A stretch of 53,922 bases of DNA from Chiloscyllium plagiosum (GCF_004010195.1 NC_057728.1:46062091-46116012); one strand, 5' to 3'; positions 26,356 through 38,888 are shown, counted from the stretch's first letter. Made by a program: numbers and translations. The notes: generated by a model not told the origin, from the letters alone.

Positions 26356-26778
26356 TTAGAACATAGAATCTTACAGGGCAGTACAGGGCATTCGGCCCTT
26401 GATGTTGTGCCGATCTGTGAAACCAATCTGAAGCCCATCAAACCTATACTATTATATTCTTGTCCATAGGCCTATCCAATGACCATTTAAATGCCCTTAA
26501 AGTTGGTAAGCCTACTATGATTGCAGGCAGTATGCTCCACACCCCTACTACTCTCTGAGTGAAGAAACTACCTCTGACATCTGTCCTATATCTATCATCC
26601 CTCGATTTAAAGTTATGTCCTCTTGTGCTTGCCATCACCATCTGAGGAAAAAGGCTCTCACTGTCCAATCTATCTGACCCTCTGATTATCTTATGTTTCA
26701 ATTAAGTCACCTCTCAACCTTCTTCCCTCTAATGAAAACAGCCTCAAGTCCCTCAGCCTTTCCTCGTAAGACCTTCCT
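26356..26778 (-). mobile_element. CR1/HER1 LINE 3' fragment
   Basis: TRGHNFK..TDVRGSFFTQRVVGVW; agaacatag tail. Confidence 0.9.
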
Positions 26779-27181
26779 CATAAGTTAAAACACCCTGTCA
26801 TGTCTTCTGTATTAATGTGAGGTCTAAACTATTGTAAATGAATAACAAAAGGTTTTTTAAAAAATATCTACATAAAGTGGATGATTAGAAAGCACCTGTA
26901 CAGACCCTGACTCCAGATCCATGTGAACTGATGTCCCTATAATATGGCTCTTTGCTGCATGCTCAATTGCAAAACTTAGAATAAATACACACTTCTCACT
27001 ATACATTTTCCAATCTTCCCTCAAGCAGAAGACTTCAATGATGTGAGTCTAATTATGAATCCTTATGCTGTTGTTTTAGTACAGATAACATGTATGTTTA
27101 CAGACCATAGTCATCCATGATGTGGACTTCAATATATTTCAAATATTTCATGTGTAATGAAATGGGTCACATTCCTGAGTT

Positions 27182-27310
27182 GAAAATGTGTTGCTGGAAA
27201 AGTGCAGCAGGTCAGGCAGCATCCAAGGAGCAGGAGAATCGACGTTTCGGGCATGAGCCCTTCTTCAGGAAAGCAGCATCTGCAGCATCTGCAGTCCTCA
27301 CTTGCTCCTC
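27182..27310 (-). mobile_element. Tiny PLE pLTR insertion with 14-bp TSD
   Basis: cacattcctgagtt at 27168-27181 and 27311-27324; inverted pLTR arm plus short forward terminus. Confidence 0.88.
27241..27268 (-). ncRNA. Minimal hammerhead ribozyme motif, core intact
   Basis: Minus strand CTGAAGA-A GGGC TCAT GCCC-GAAAC-GTC. Confidence 0.8.
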
Positions 27311-27689
27311 CACATTCCTGAGTTAACAGGTTGTCTCATTCTTACCTTGGTCATTCTAAAGCATTGAAAAAAAAAGCAAGACTTGCCTGAGCTTGGTGCT
27401 AACCATCACAATTTATTTCCTTGACCTTCCTTGCCTTTCTGTCAGTCTATTATCCACGCTGACTGACTGTAAACAGTTCTTATTCTTCCAGTTACACCTG
27501 TTCACATGAATGGGAGGTGATGCTTCTCCACCCTCTTCCCCAAACAGTTGTGCATCAATCGGTCATGAAAACTGGCTGTGTTCCCCTTCAAAGCTGATTT
27601 CTCAGAGACAGCTATGCTGGGCTCAAAAGCCATTGTAATGTTCATAAAACGAATGATAAAAAAAAGCTAACTAATTATTAGTTCTCTGT

Positions 27690-27745
27690 TGTCTTCCCAC
27701 TGATGCTACCAGACCTGCTCAGCTTCTCCAGCAATTAATGTTTTT
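27690..27745 (+). mobile_element. pLTR-derived fragment
   Basis: gatgctaccagacctgctcagcttctccagcaatt, reverse of the 13545 family. Confidence 0.55.
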
Positions 27746-28399
27746 ATACCAAACTAATGATTACTGAATGTTCTTGTAAGAAAACATCTGTGATATTTGG
27801 CTCAACATGCATTAAATTATTATTGCCTCAGTAGTTGAAACAATTTGGGCCACTATTTTCCTGGAAAGTAGGTTTAAGATTACTAATGCTTGCCACTACT
27901 TATTGGACAGTATGACCCAACATCAGGTGAAGCTAAACATGGAAATCCATATGCTGTTATTAGATTAATGCTGCTCCACCAAGAACTTCGCAAAAATGGC
28001 AATTCATGCTGCCTCCTCATTACATTGCCTTGAATTATGTGATGTTGCTGTGTTTGCACAACAATTATAGATCAAACGTCTTATTGAATGTTTCTCTCAG
28101 AAATGTTAGCCTATTTCTAAGCATTCTTTAACAATATGCTTAGTGATCTTTACTCTCGGTCATCTCTGGCTCTGGAATTGTTTTGTAAGAAATGAGTTTT
28201 AATTACTACTTGGGACTTTTTAAATCTTTTCTTCCCCTTTCTTTCTCCTACAATTCAATCTTTCTTCACCTGTCTTTAATTTTCTTCCGACACCAGAACC
28301 ATCATTGAACTCACCCACACTCATTACACTTCCTTCACAGGTCTTATGCTGTTACATTCATAAGTATGCTTTGGGTAATGAAGGAGGCTCTGACAGGCA

Positions 28400-28766
28400 G
28401 CTGCAATGGAGAATGTGGTGAGGATCCAACTGTTCCGCACAGTTGTGGGTCCTTTGCCTAGACTGCTTTGGCGGCAGCTCTGAAGATGGCCATTCCAATG
28501 ACTGGCCTGGGACGCCTTTTGTTGGCTGTGGCAATGGTTTTCATCAGTATCAGTCTGGGTCTCCGTGTGTTTTTTTTTTTAACTTTTGTAGGTCTGTAAT
28601 GCTGGACTTTTAAAAAACAAAATTCTGTTTGTTTCCCTAAGAATTTGTACCCAAGCATCTGTAGCTAGGTACCTTTGTACCTAAGATGGCACCATAAGTG
28701 TTGACTTGTAAACTTTTCACTGTACTCATGTGAGTACATATGATAATAAAGCTAATTCATTCATTT
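28400..28766 (+). mobile_element. Non-autonomous retroposon or LINE 3' end
   Basis: Ends cttttcactgtactcatgtgagtacatatgataataaagctaattcattcatt (hairpin, AATAAA, short repeats); related tail on minus strand at 39826-39915. Confidence 0.55.
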
Positions 28767-30284
28767 CAAATATACAGTTGAAGTGAATAAAGGAATGTAC
28801 AGAACATTGCCATGCCCCTGCAGGTCTCTGATGTACTGTCTTCCTTGTCATACCATCATCAGCACATATTTCCAGCAACTTACAAGATTAAAAAAATCCT
28901 AAATTTCGACAAACAAAAGCAAGTCTAACTATTGGTACAAAGCATTAGATTCACTTCACATAAAGTAACAGCTCATCATTGTATGGGAAATTGCAAACCC
29001 GGGTGAATTAAAATTAAGTTAAAATACTGCTGAAGTTGACAGATTCTCAGATGTACTATTTTTCAGATTCTGTCTACGTTGTATACAAATATGCAATCTG
29101 TATTGGGTACGGTGTAACACTGTTGCATCAAAATTCTAAAATTTGAAATCGAGAGGAAAATTATTATCTCTGCACAGCACAACAAAGATCCGAGAGCAGC
29201 ACACAACAAATTCTGAAATAAATGAGCTGTCATCCTCGAGAGAAGTGCACAGTAAGTGTTTTTTCTAACAATACAATATTTGTGCTCAGACAACAAGCTT
29301 CATGAGGTACCCTAAGGTTGCACAATATGTGTGTGCTGTACCCTTCTTTCATTACAAGACACTCTGTTTTAACCGTAACTCTGAAAGAATATTGCTGGAG
29401 GCGGGTGATAATATAAATGAAGCAAATTCCATTTCACTGATGATGCCTAGAAGCTGTTTTCTCAAAGATTTCAAACAAGTAGGCGGGATGTGCAGAAAAC
29501 GAGCATCATTTTCTATTGACCCTCCAACTGGGATTGACTATACACAGCTGCAGTAAAAAGGAGAGAATGCATTCAGTGGTCACAAATCTTGACTTAAGCA
29601 CTATTCTCCCATTGCCTGATTATAAAAGAAAACCTGGCTACAGTCTCAAAGTATGTTCAGACACAATGACACATCTTATTTACTCCCTATCAGTACGCAT
29701 AAAATAATAATCCAAAAAGGGAGGGGTATAAAATCTTCAGCAATTTTTTCTGATAGAGGTAATCAACTACATAATTTCATTTTAGTGCTTAGATGTCAGA
29801 TATAACAGAATGTCACCAAAGCAAATAGTAATCTTGTAAAATAATGCTGAATCCATACCAAGTACATGAGTACATTAAGTGAATGGTTTTCTCGAGTTTA
29901 AGCGTTGTAATATGATTAAAAGGGCAGCTGTAACCAAACACATTGCATTGACAAGAAATGTCATTTATTACAAACTATAATTTTGAATTGGAAACCAGAG
30001 TCTAGATTGGTCAGCTTTTTAACATAGTCCCAGTCAATTTAATAAAGAAAATTCCTGTGATGCTACCCCAGTAATGGATATTCACTTAACTACTCAATTT
30101 CTTTTACTATAAAGAGACATATTGCCAAAACATTTTATCTTTCACTGATCAGGACAAATTCAAGACAGCCAAATTTCAAACAATCACAGCAATTTATACT
30201 TCAGGAGGAAAGGGTGCTGATTGGTTGCTTCTTTGACGCAAATTAGCCAAGGTGTTGTCATGCATTATGTGAAGGGAAAGCAAA

Positions 30285-30405
30285 ATACAGAAGGTGCTCG
30301 TAACTGAAATAAAAACTGAAAATGCTGGAGAAACCCAGCAGGTCTGGCAGCAGTTGTGGAGTGAGAAACACAGCTAATAGTTCAAGTCCAATGATTTCTT
30401 TCTGA
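30285..30405 (-). mobile_element. pLTR-derived short repeat, decayed
   Basis: aatgctggagaaacccagcaggtctggcagcagttgtggag as in the 13545 copy. Confidence 0.6.
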
Positions 30406-30529
30406 ATAAGAATAATTTTGATCTATTGTACTTTGGTCAAGATAAATGTGATCAGCTTCAATCAGAAACATCTAACAGCTCATAAATGAAGGCACATTGC
30501 AGAGTTATCATAGAAGGGTAGCTTGATAT

Positions 30530-31830
30530 TAAAAAAAGGTGGGCCAGACACCACACTCAGATCCCTTTGGTCATATAGAGATGCGCTTGGTATCTTGAAA
30601 AGTGTAATTTTCAAAGGAAAACATCTGCTTGTTCATCAAGCTCTCTACCATGACATGCTATACCAGGAACAGATGAGCTTACAGTAGACAAGATGACTGA
30701 CACATGATACGTGCTACTGGCCAGGAATCAACAGTAGCATTGAAAAGCTAGTGAGTATGTGAGACACATACTAGAGCTATCAGCCCCAGCAATATAGATA
30801 ACCTCTACACCATCATGAGATATTGTCAATCCTTTGGTCCAAAACTGTCACTAGTCTGTGTACAATAAATGGACTTTATCCTAGTGACAACTATTTCTCC
30901 ATGTTTCTAATTATCAAGAGAGGCAAAGAACACTTCAAACACAGCCATGTTAGATACATTGAGCACCATATTCAGTCTGTTCCGTACACCTAAAATTATT
31001 TCTGACGATAGACCACAGTAAGTAGTTAGACCTTTCAGGGACATGTCTGCCAAGAGCATCAAACATGTGACAACCTCAATATATTACCACAGATTCAATA
31101 ATCTCAACAAGCAAAAGGTTCACACAATTTAGTCACTTATCATGAGGTGTAGGACAGTGACATTTTTGTGTTACCATGTTACTATTTCTCTAGATACTTC
31201 TTTATGAAGCAACAAAGATCATGTTTGGGAGACAAGTGGGAATGATCTCGTAAAGCTATCACCGATCTAAATGCTCTGAGGTAAGGACATATTACTTGAC
31301 AGTCAAGTGATGATGAGGACGGTACATGTCACACAGGGCAAAAGGTCAGAGACAGACACTATAATCAGAAGGGCTTACACCCGAAATGTCGATTCTCCTG
31401 TTCCTCAGATGCTGCCTAACCTGCTGTGCTTTCCCAGCATCATACTCTTGACTCTGATCTCCAGCATCTGCAGTCCTCACTTTCTCCAGCTATAATTGGA
31501 ATCTGGTTACCTACAAAGGTTACCAGAGTATGCAGAGAGCCTAAATATTACAAACTAATGGTATCTAATGAAGCAAAATTAGAGAACAGAAACCATTTCA
31601 GGGAAATGTACAATATGCTAATTGTATATAACCAACACAAAAGAGTACAGTAAAATGTGATTGGACATCAGGACAACAACCAGCACACTGACGATGTACC
31701 TCCAAACCAAGACAAGTCAAGGATTAAATTCCATTCTCGAGAAGGTTAAACCAGAACAAGATATTGACGAATTGTCAAATCATCAGAATGATTTATTGAT
31801 TCTCAAAATTTCTGTCCTCATGAATTTTAA
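30530..31830 (+). mobile_element. Decayed Gypsy/Ty3 pol (integrase) remnant
   Basis: YWPGIN (30716), IFSLFRTPKIISDDRPQ (ISDNGPQ-like, 30968), HVTTSIYYHRFNNL (H.TSSP.YPQSNG-like, 31064); multiple stops. Confidence 0.75.
31366..31489 (+). mobile_element. Tiny PLE pLTR insertion with 7-bp TSD, starting inside the hammerhead core
   Basis: ctataat at 31359-31365 and 31490-31496; gaagggcttacacccGAAAtGTC...ccagcatctgcagtcctcactttctcc. Confidence 0.85.
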
Positions 31831-32922
31831 AGTTCTTACTTCTGTATAATTAATTTTGCTATGTTTATATGCTTTCAACTGAGTCTATAAAGTTTAGTTT
31901 GGGGATAAAAGTGAAATTGTATTATCACTTTAAGAAAAGTGCTGCTTCAAGAGATCTGTCTGCAGATGGGTCAAGGATCAGGATATTATCATATCACCAG
32001 AACCCAAGGACATTCTCATTTGCAGCTGATTAGACCAAGCAATTGGTGAGATAATTCTGGTGTATGTGTTAATCTTAGCTGTAAAAAAACAAGTTCTCAT
32101 TCGGTGCAAGTAGATAGAACAAGCAATCATGACAAAAAAAATCTGAAGTTGAAATAAGTGCAGAGAGATCAGTGAAAAAAGCTTGTATTGATATAAAGGT
32201 TGATGTAGGAAAGAGGGGTTCAGTTGATGGGACACTGGATCAAGAAGGAGGTCTTCTTCTGGGATGGGTTGTACTAAACTGGGCTAGGACTCAGGTCCTA
32301 GAGACTGTCAAAAATGCTTTGATATTGCAAAAGTTGAGAAGTGGCTTAGGGAAATAATAGTAAGCTAAAGCTTAGAAAAACAAAGTTCCAGATATTCAAG
32401 GTACAACAGATATATTGTAAAATAAAAGCATATGAAACTACCTGCACAACAAAATACATCAGCAACAAATGGAGAATTGTAGGGAGCAACTGATCTTACA
32501 TAATGGTCCACTAGAAAAATTATCTGTTTTTTAACTCTGAACAACACCACAGGAGATCCATGAGGTAGATGATAGAAAAGGTCAGTAAGTACTTCAAATT
32601 ATCAAAAGGACAACCAAATGTAAACATATAATTTGATTAATTTAATTGCTGATGTGTCATTGTTTTAGCAAGAAGGTAAACCTGGAATAGATGCCTGCAG
32701 TGGAAAAAAGATGCAGCTTCCCCAGCCTTGATAGCTCAAGCCAATGGTTTGCATTTTGCAAGATAATGACCTGAGACTTGAGACCGGTATCTTGAAGTGT
32801 CACTGGATTGTGCTCAATCACACATGCAGAACTCTGCTCACCAGTATCTGGTTGCTGGAAAGCAGTGCTGATAAATGGACACAATTATAGGTTGGGGAGA
32901 GAACGTGGTGGCAGTGGGCAGC

Positions 32923-33046
32923 AAATTGCCTGTAGTGTTAGGTGAAGGGGTAAATGTAGGGGTATGGGTGGGTTGCGCTTCAGCAGGTCGGTGTGGACTT
33001 GTTGGGCCGAAGGGCCAGTTTCCACACTGTAAGTAATCTAATCTAA
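32923..33046 (+). mobile_element. HE1 SINE 3' fragment
   Basis: Matches 5041-5160, including TAATC tail. Confidence 0.9.
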
Positions 33047-33730
33047 TTGTGGTGTCAATTTTGCATTCATAAACAAACACAGGGTCTTGCAATATCTGCC
33101 TGCACATTAAATAGTTAAAAGCAATCGAGCAAAGGTAATGGATAAACAAGCTATGTTGCACATCACACTACTGTTGGAGTGACATGTCGGGACAGATCCT
33201 GCAGCATTATGTAAAACAGTTTGATCACTGGAACATTGGCTGTGGAGCTTTCCGTTTTACAATGTGGCCAAGACGCCAAATATTTTTGATGAAAAGAGCA
33301 AAAAGGCTTGTGTACATGTATTCATTAAAACTTGGCCTCAATGTAAATTTGTTGACTGCCCTATGTGTGATTACAACACCTAAGCTGTGAATCTGGACTC
33401 AGCATTCAGTTGGAATGGAAACCTTAAAAAAGATATACCCTGCCCTTTGTCCCAGGCTGACTCCCACGTCTCTAAGATGTGTGTGGATGCAAACAACAAA
33501 AGTACAGGAGCTGACCCTTATCTGAAATCAGCCCATTTGATTTCACACTTTGTACTGCATTGATGAAGCTCTTGATGCCATCATTGACTCAAGATGTGTG
33601 ATCTCTGCGGTTGGATAAATATCCAAGAGCGTTGTCCTTTCCTGATAATAGGAAATTTAATTTAAATACATTCCATCATTTAAAGTGTTAAGCTGAGAGG
33701 ATTGTGCAAGTCATGCTGCAATATAAGGTT

Positions 33731-33944
33731 TGTTATGAAGGTGTGGATGTACTGTACCTTTAGGAAAGTTAAAAGCTAGCAGAACTACCTGACAACAACA
33801 AGTGTTCTTAACAAGATACAATCTGGCATGTGGTCCAGCATTTAGGGTAGCTAGTTGCCTGGAGACAAAAACTAGCTTGGTGCTGTCAGGTAGTTCTGCT
33901 AGCTTTTAACTTTAAAGGTACAGTACACTCACATCTTCACAACA
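33731..33944. mobile_element. 214-bp palindromic TG..CA element (about 70-bp TIRs, 4-bp TSD GGTT), derived from an LTR end
   Basis: 33731-33801 is the near reverse complement of 33877-33944; ggtt at 33727-33730 and 33945-33948; blocks shared with the 5' end of LTR 51674-52362. Confidence 0.85.
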
Positions 33945-34271
33945 GGTTGCAGTGCCCAGCAATGGGCTGCAAAATACCCTTACAGCAATCTTATGGCTGG
34001 AATATTTCAGAGAAGTGGTGATCCCACACCTATGGCTGAAAAGTGAGTAGCTAGTCCTCTCTGCCAAACTGGAAAGCCAGACAGTATTTTTTTGGTTGTC
34101 AGGCAGTTAACTGCTTGAGGGAGGGGGGTGGGGCTGGGGAGAAGGTAGCCAAGAGTACTTTCAATAGGGAAATGGGTAATTACCTGATGAAAAAGAGAAA
34201 AAGTACAGAGCAGTGGAGAAAGTGTGACGTAATAGGGTTAGCTCATTTGCTCTTACAGGGACATGAGTGGG

Positions 34272-34705
34272 CATTTATTGTATCCGTTGCTCCCGATGCA
34301 GTCTCCTCTACATTGGGGAGACTGGGCGCCTCCTAGCAGAGCGCTTTAGGGAACATCTCCGGGACACCCGCACCAATCAACCACACCGCCCCATGGCCCA
34401 ACATTTCAACTCTCCCTCCCACTCTGCCGAGGACATGGAGGTCCTGGGCCTCCTTCACCGCTGCTCCCTCACCACCAGACGCCTGGAGGAAGAACACCTC
34501 ATGTACTCTATGCTACTTTCTCCCCACCCCCACCCTCCTCTAGCTTATCTCTCCACGTTTCAGGCTCACTGCCTTTATTCCTGATGAAGGGCTTTTGCCC
34601 GAAACGTCAATTTCGAAGCTCCTTAGATGCTGCCTGAACTGCTGTGCTCTTTCAGCACCACTAATCCAGAATCTGGTTTCCAGCATCTGCAGTCATTGTT
34701 TTTAC
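34272..34705 (+). mobile_element. Penelope-like (Neptune-like) 3' fragment: GIY-YIG plus pLTR
   Basis: IYCIRCSRCSLLYIGETGRLLAERFREHL; degenerate TSD catgagtgggc (34262) / catgagggagc (34706); separate inverted scrap at 34117-34158. Confidence 0.9.
34581..34608 (+). ncRNA. Minimal hammerhead ribozyme motif, core intact
   Basis: CTGATGA-A GGGC TTTT GCCC-GAAAC-GTC, downstream of the PLE ORF remnant. Confidence 0.85.
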
Positions 34706-35746
34706 CATGAGGGAGCCATGTTGCCTCTTTATGTAATTTAACTATTCTACAGAGAATATAACTCTTCTATTTTAACAGAGGAACACTTCTTGACTGGATT
34801 GAAGTGCAATGGTTGTATCACATGTAGAGTAGGTCTTGGCAATCGTGTCCACAGAGGACAACTCCTTTTACATTAACAACCCCTTTAGGTGTTGTAAAAG
34901 CTAGCTCATTTTGCTTGTAATTTCAAGTCGGTGTGTGCTGTGATCAAGCTGTTCTTCAGCATTTTACAAATCTTTCACTTGCCTGAAAACATTAATTTGT
35001 TTGTTTATGCAGTGTAAATAAGAGACAAATCTGCATTATGTTTGTTGAGGACTAGTTTTGATAATTGAGTTATTTTCTAAAGCAGGTTTGCTTTATCTTG
35101 AGAGGGGCACAGAGGTCATGTTTGAAAGGAGCGTTATCTGCAGATGGCTTCAGCTGCTTAGGACTGTCCTTTGGTTGCAACATGCGTGAAAATGTGATCA
35201 TCAAGTTGGCCTGAGAAAACATTCACAAGTGTCTAATCAATGAGCTGTAATACTCAGGAGTCGTTTAGTGCAGTTTCAACTTTAACTTGTGCTAGTATGA
35301 ATTCGGTTATGCGGTTATTGATGTGACTCCTTACACAGGTTCCTGTCCATCAAATGTATCCTGGGAAACAATTTCCTCTGTTCCTTGCAAGCAACAAAAT
35401 TGTAAAGAATTTTATTCTTCTATTAAATGCCTCCCAATCATTCCTTTCATTGTTAATGCAAATGGAAAACTCCCAGTGTACGTCGTGACAGGAATGTTCC
35501 TTTTGCTTTAACTATACAGAAAATTATATTGTTTCTATAGTTGTGACACATTCTATATTATAATTTAAAAATGAATTCTACATCCTGCGTGATAATTTTT
35601 AACCAGCAAATATATAGTGGCTCCCAAGCAAGCAAATCTCTCTTTTACTCTCCGATCTGATAATATTGGTCCAACCTTTACAAAGTCAATCCACCAAACT
35701 AACATTTACTGTTGATCTTACTTACACCACATAAGAATAGCTGAGA

Positions 35747-35768
35747 GGGGGGGGGGGGGGGGGGGGGG
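35747..35768 (+). repeat. Poly-G run (22 nt)
   Basis: Directly visible. Confidence 0.95.
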
Positions 35769-36574
35769 TAGAGAAACAGCCAAATAAATGACTGTATCAA
35801 CAAGGCTGTTGAAGGTACTTTGATGTGAATAAATTGCAATGAAAATACATGAGACACACTGATGGAAATGAAAGCCTGCTCCAATGCAGCAGATTGCCAT
35901 AGAATCATTTATCTCTAAGATGTGGGATAGACTACCAGCTCAAAACATCGGCTGCTTGCCTTTTCTTTCCCTTGACTCAATGTCTGCTTTGGAATCAACT
36001 TTTGTTATCTCAAAATTTCTTAACGGATGTGGAAGTTGAAATATAAGGGGTGTCCTGAGTTTGGGTTGCTGACATTGTTTGCATTTGTTGTGGGCTCAGC
36101 AGAGGACCATTTACTTTTCAGTAAACCCTGGTTTGAACATTAAATGCTGAAATAGGAAAATGATCCAGTGCTCAGCACTAATACCCTTCACTGAAGTAAA
36201 CAAAAGAGTCTATTCTTGGTATGCAACATTCACATTTCCCAGACACAAAGCATGCTAACATAACATTGAGGCTGTCTAGGCCCAACCTATGTCGGCATCA
36301 GTCTCATTACTTGTAATGTACGCCAGTGGATGTAAAACAAATGCTTGCAACCTTAAGAGCTACTAATTAACACATTACCACTGAAAGGGGAGGTCTATAC
36401 AAGATTATTCAAGGGCACCTTGGGGGGGTCAATGAGGGGTAAAAATCCTGAAACAGACATCCGGAAACAGAACTTCTCGCCCTGCAAAAGGTCAAATTGC
36501 CTCACATCTTCACATGTTCCCCATTTCAGTGTTTATCAGATTGGCCACGAGTGAAGCAAGTGCCCTGATATTGT

Positions 36575-36670
36575 AGTAAAAATAAAAAATATTGGACAAA
36601 CTCAGCAGGTCAGGCTAAGTCTAAGGAGAGAAATTGAATTAATATTTCAGGTCAATGACCTTACTTTGAA
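36575..36670 (-). mobile_element. pLTR-derived short repeat, decayed
   Basis: ctcagcaggtcaggc...aatatttcaggtcaatgacc. Confidence 0.55.
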
Positions 36671-36759
36671 GAGGGCTCTTCTGGCTCAAGTTCCCTGGAA
36701 GATCCCCGCAGTACTTTCTGGAATTGGTGTCCAGGTTTGTGTTTGTCTACAAAATCCTG

Positions 36760-36810
36760 GAGCACTCCTGCCTCACAGCACTACGAACCCGGGTTTGATT
36801 CCAGCCTCAC
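36760..36810 (+). mobile_element. HE1 SINE tRNA-like head fragment
   Basis: agcactcctgcctcacagcactacgaacccgggtttgattcc. Confidence 0.7.
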
Positions 36811-36811
36811 T

Positions 36812-37958
36812 GTAGACTAGTGAGCTTGACGCCGGTGGTGGGCAAGTTTTTGGAGGGAATCCTGAGTGACAGGATTTACACGTATTTGGAAAGGCAATGA
36901 CTGATTAGGGGATAGTCAACATGACTTTGTGCATGGGAAATCATAACTCACCAACTTGACTGAGTTTTTTGAAATTGTAACAAAAATGATTGATAACAGC
37001 AGAGCGTGATGTATGTGGACTTAACTAAGGTGTTCACAAAGTTCCCCAAGGGAGACTGGTTAGCAATGTTAGATCTCATGGAGTACTGGGAGAACTATAC
37101 ATTTGGTTCCAGAACTAGCTCGCAAGTAGGTGGTGGTGGAGTGTTGTTTTTCAGACTGGAGGCCTGTGACCAGTGGAATGCCACAAGAATTGGTGCTGAG
37201 TCGACTACTTTTCAACATTTTTATAAATGATTTGGATGAGAACATAGGAGGTATGGTTATTACATTTGCAGAGGACACCAAAATTGGAAGGGTAGTGGAC
37301 AGCGAAGAAGGTTACCTCAGATTACAACAGGATCTTGATTAGATGGGCCAATGGGCTGAGGAGTGGCAGATGGAGTTTAATTCAGATAAATGTGAGGTGT
37401 TGCATTGTGGGAAAGCAAATCTTAGCAGGACTTATACACTTAATGGTAATGTCGTAGGAAGTGTTGCTGAACAAAGAGACCTTGGAGTGCAGGTTCATTG
37501 CTCCTTGAAAGTGGAGTCGCAGGTAGATAGGATAGTGAAGAAGGCATTTGGTATGCTTTCCTTTATTGGTCAGAGTATTGAGTACAGGAACTGTGAGGTC
37601 ATGTTGTGGCTGTACAGGATGTTGATTAGGCCACTTTGGCATATTGCATGCAATTGTGGTCTCCTTCCTATTGGAAGGATGTTGTGAAACTTGAAAGAGT
37701 TCAGAAAAGATTTACAAGGATGTTGCCAGGGTTGGATGATTTGAGCTATAGGGAGAGGCTGAATAGGCTGGGGCTGTTTTCCCTGGAGTGTCGGAGGCTG
37801 AGTGGTGATATTATAGAGGTTTATAAAATCATGTGGGGTATGGATAGGATAAATAGACAAGGTCTTTCCCCCTGGGGTGGGGGAGTCTAGAACTAGAGGG
37901 CACAGGTTTAGGATGAGAGGGGAAAGATATCTAAGGGCCAACGTTTACACGCAGAGGG
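36812..37958 (+). mobile_element. CR1/HER1 LINE RT remnant
   Basis: VTSGMPQELVL, FAEDTKIG, WQMEFNSDKCEVLH, LERVQKRFTRMLPGL. Confidence 0.93.
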
Positions 37959-38367
37959 TCCTTCGGCCCACGATGTTGTGCCGAACTTCTAATCTAGATT
38001 AAGTACCCATCCATGTACCTATCCGAATGCCGCTTAAAGGTCGCCAATGATTCCGCCAATGATACCAATCCCACGGGCAGCGCATTCCATGCCCCCACCA
38101 CTCTCTGGGTAAAGAACCCATCCCTGACATCTCCCCTATACCTTCCACCCTTCACCTTAAATTTATGTCCCCTTGTAACACTCTGTTGCACCCGGGGAAA
38201 AAGTTTCTGACTGTCTACTCTATCTATTCCTCTGATCATCTTATAAACCTCTATCAAGTCACCCATCATCCTTCGCCGTTCCAACGAGAAAAGGCCGAGA
38301 ACTCTCAACCTATCCTCGTACGACTTCCTCTCCATTCCAGGCAACATCCTGGTAAATCTTCTCTGCA
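37959..38367 (-). mobile_element. Young CR1/HER1 3' fragment
   Basis: LQRRFTRMLPGM..GDLIEVYK..FFTQRVVGAWNALP; closely similar to 53676-53922. Confidence 0.92.
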
Positions 38368-38888
38368 AAGCAGAGAAATGACATCCAGTGAGAGTGAGTA
38401 GACTGTTGTTGGGATGAGGTGAAGGAGCCTCTTGGCAAAACCACATCGTCTCCAACCTCATCCGTGTTGGCAGATGTCGTTGGTGATGGTGGGGAGGGCT
38501 AATGGAGGGGGGGGTGAAGAGGAGGAACTCAAGCGGCTGCTGCCTGCACCTGTCTTCAAAGGGACCACTTTCAAGAAGAGGTGGTGAGCTTTGCACCCAA
38601 GAGAGCATCACGAGGAGAGATCAGGGGCTTGTCCACACTTCCACCCACTTCCCCCTTGGCTCAAAGCTGAAGGCACTTGCTGAGATGCAAGTCCCTCAGT
38701 GCTGCCAGACTTCAAAATTCCTTTGGAGCTGCTTCTTGGGAGCTTTTTCTGACAGTCAAGTTCCCACCTCAAATCATGCTCTCGTCTGTGCTCAGCAGAA
38801 ACCAGTTTCCAAGACGGGACCAGTTATCCGCATCAAGTGCAAACACTTACCTGTTCTACCTCAGGAAGGTTGACTTCAACTGTGCCAC

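Noticed and set aside
35747..35768. Poly-G as functional G-quadruplex or poly-Pro ORF
   Set aside because: Isolated homopolymer with no supporting context; length may be a sequencing artefact.
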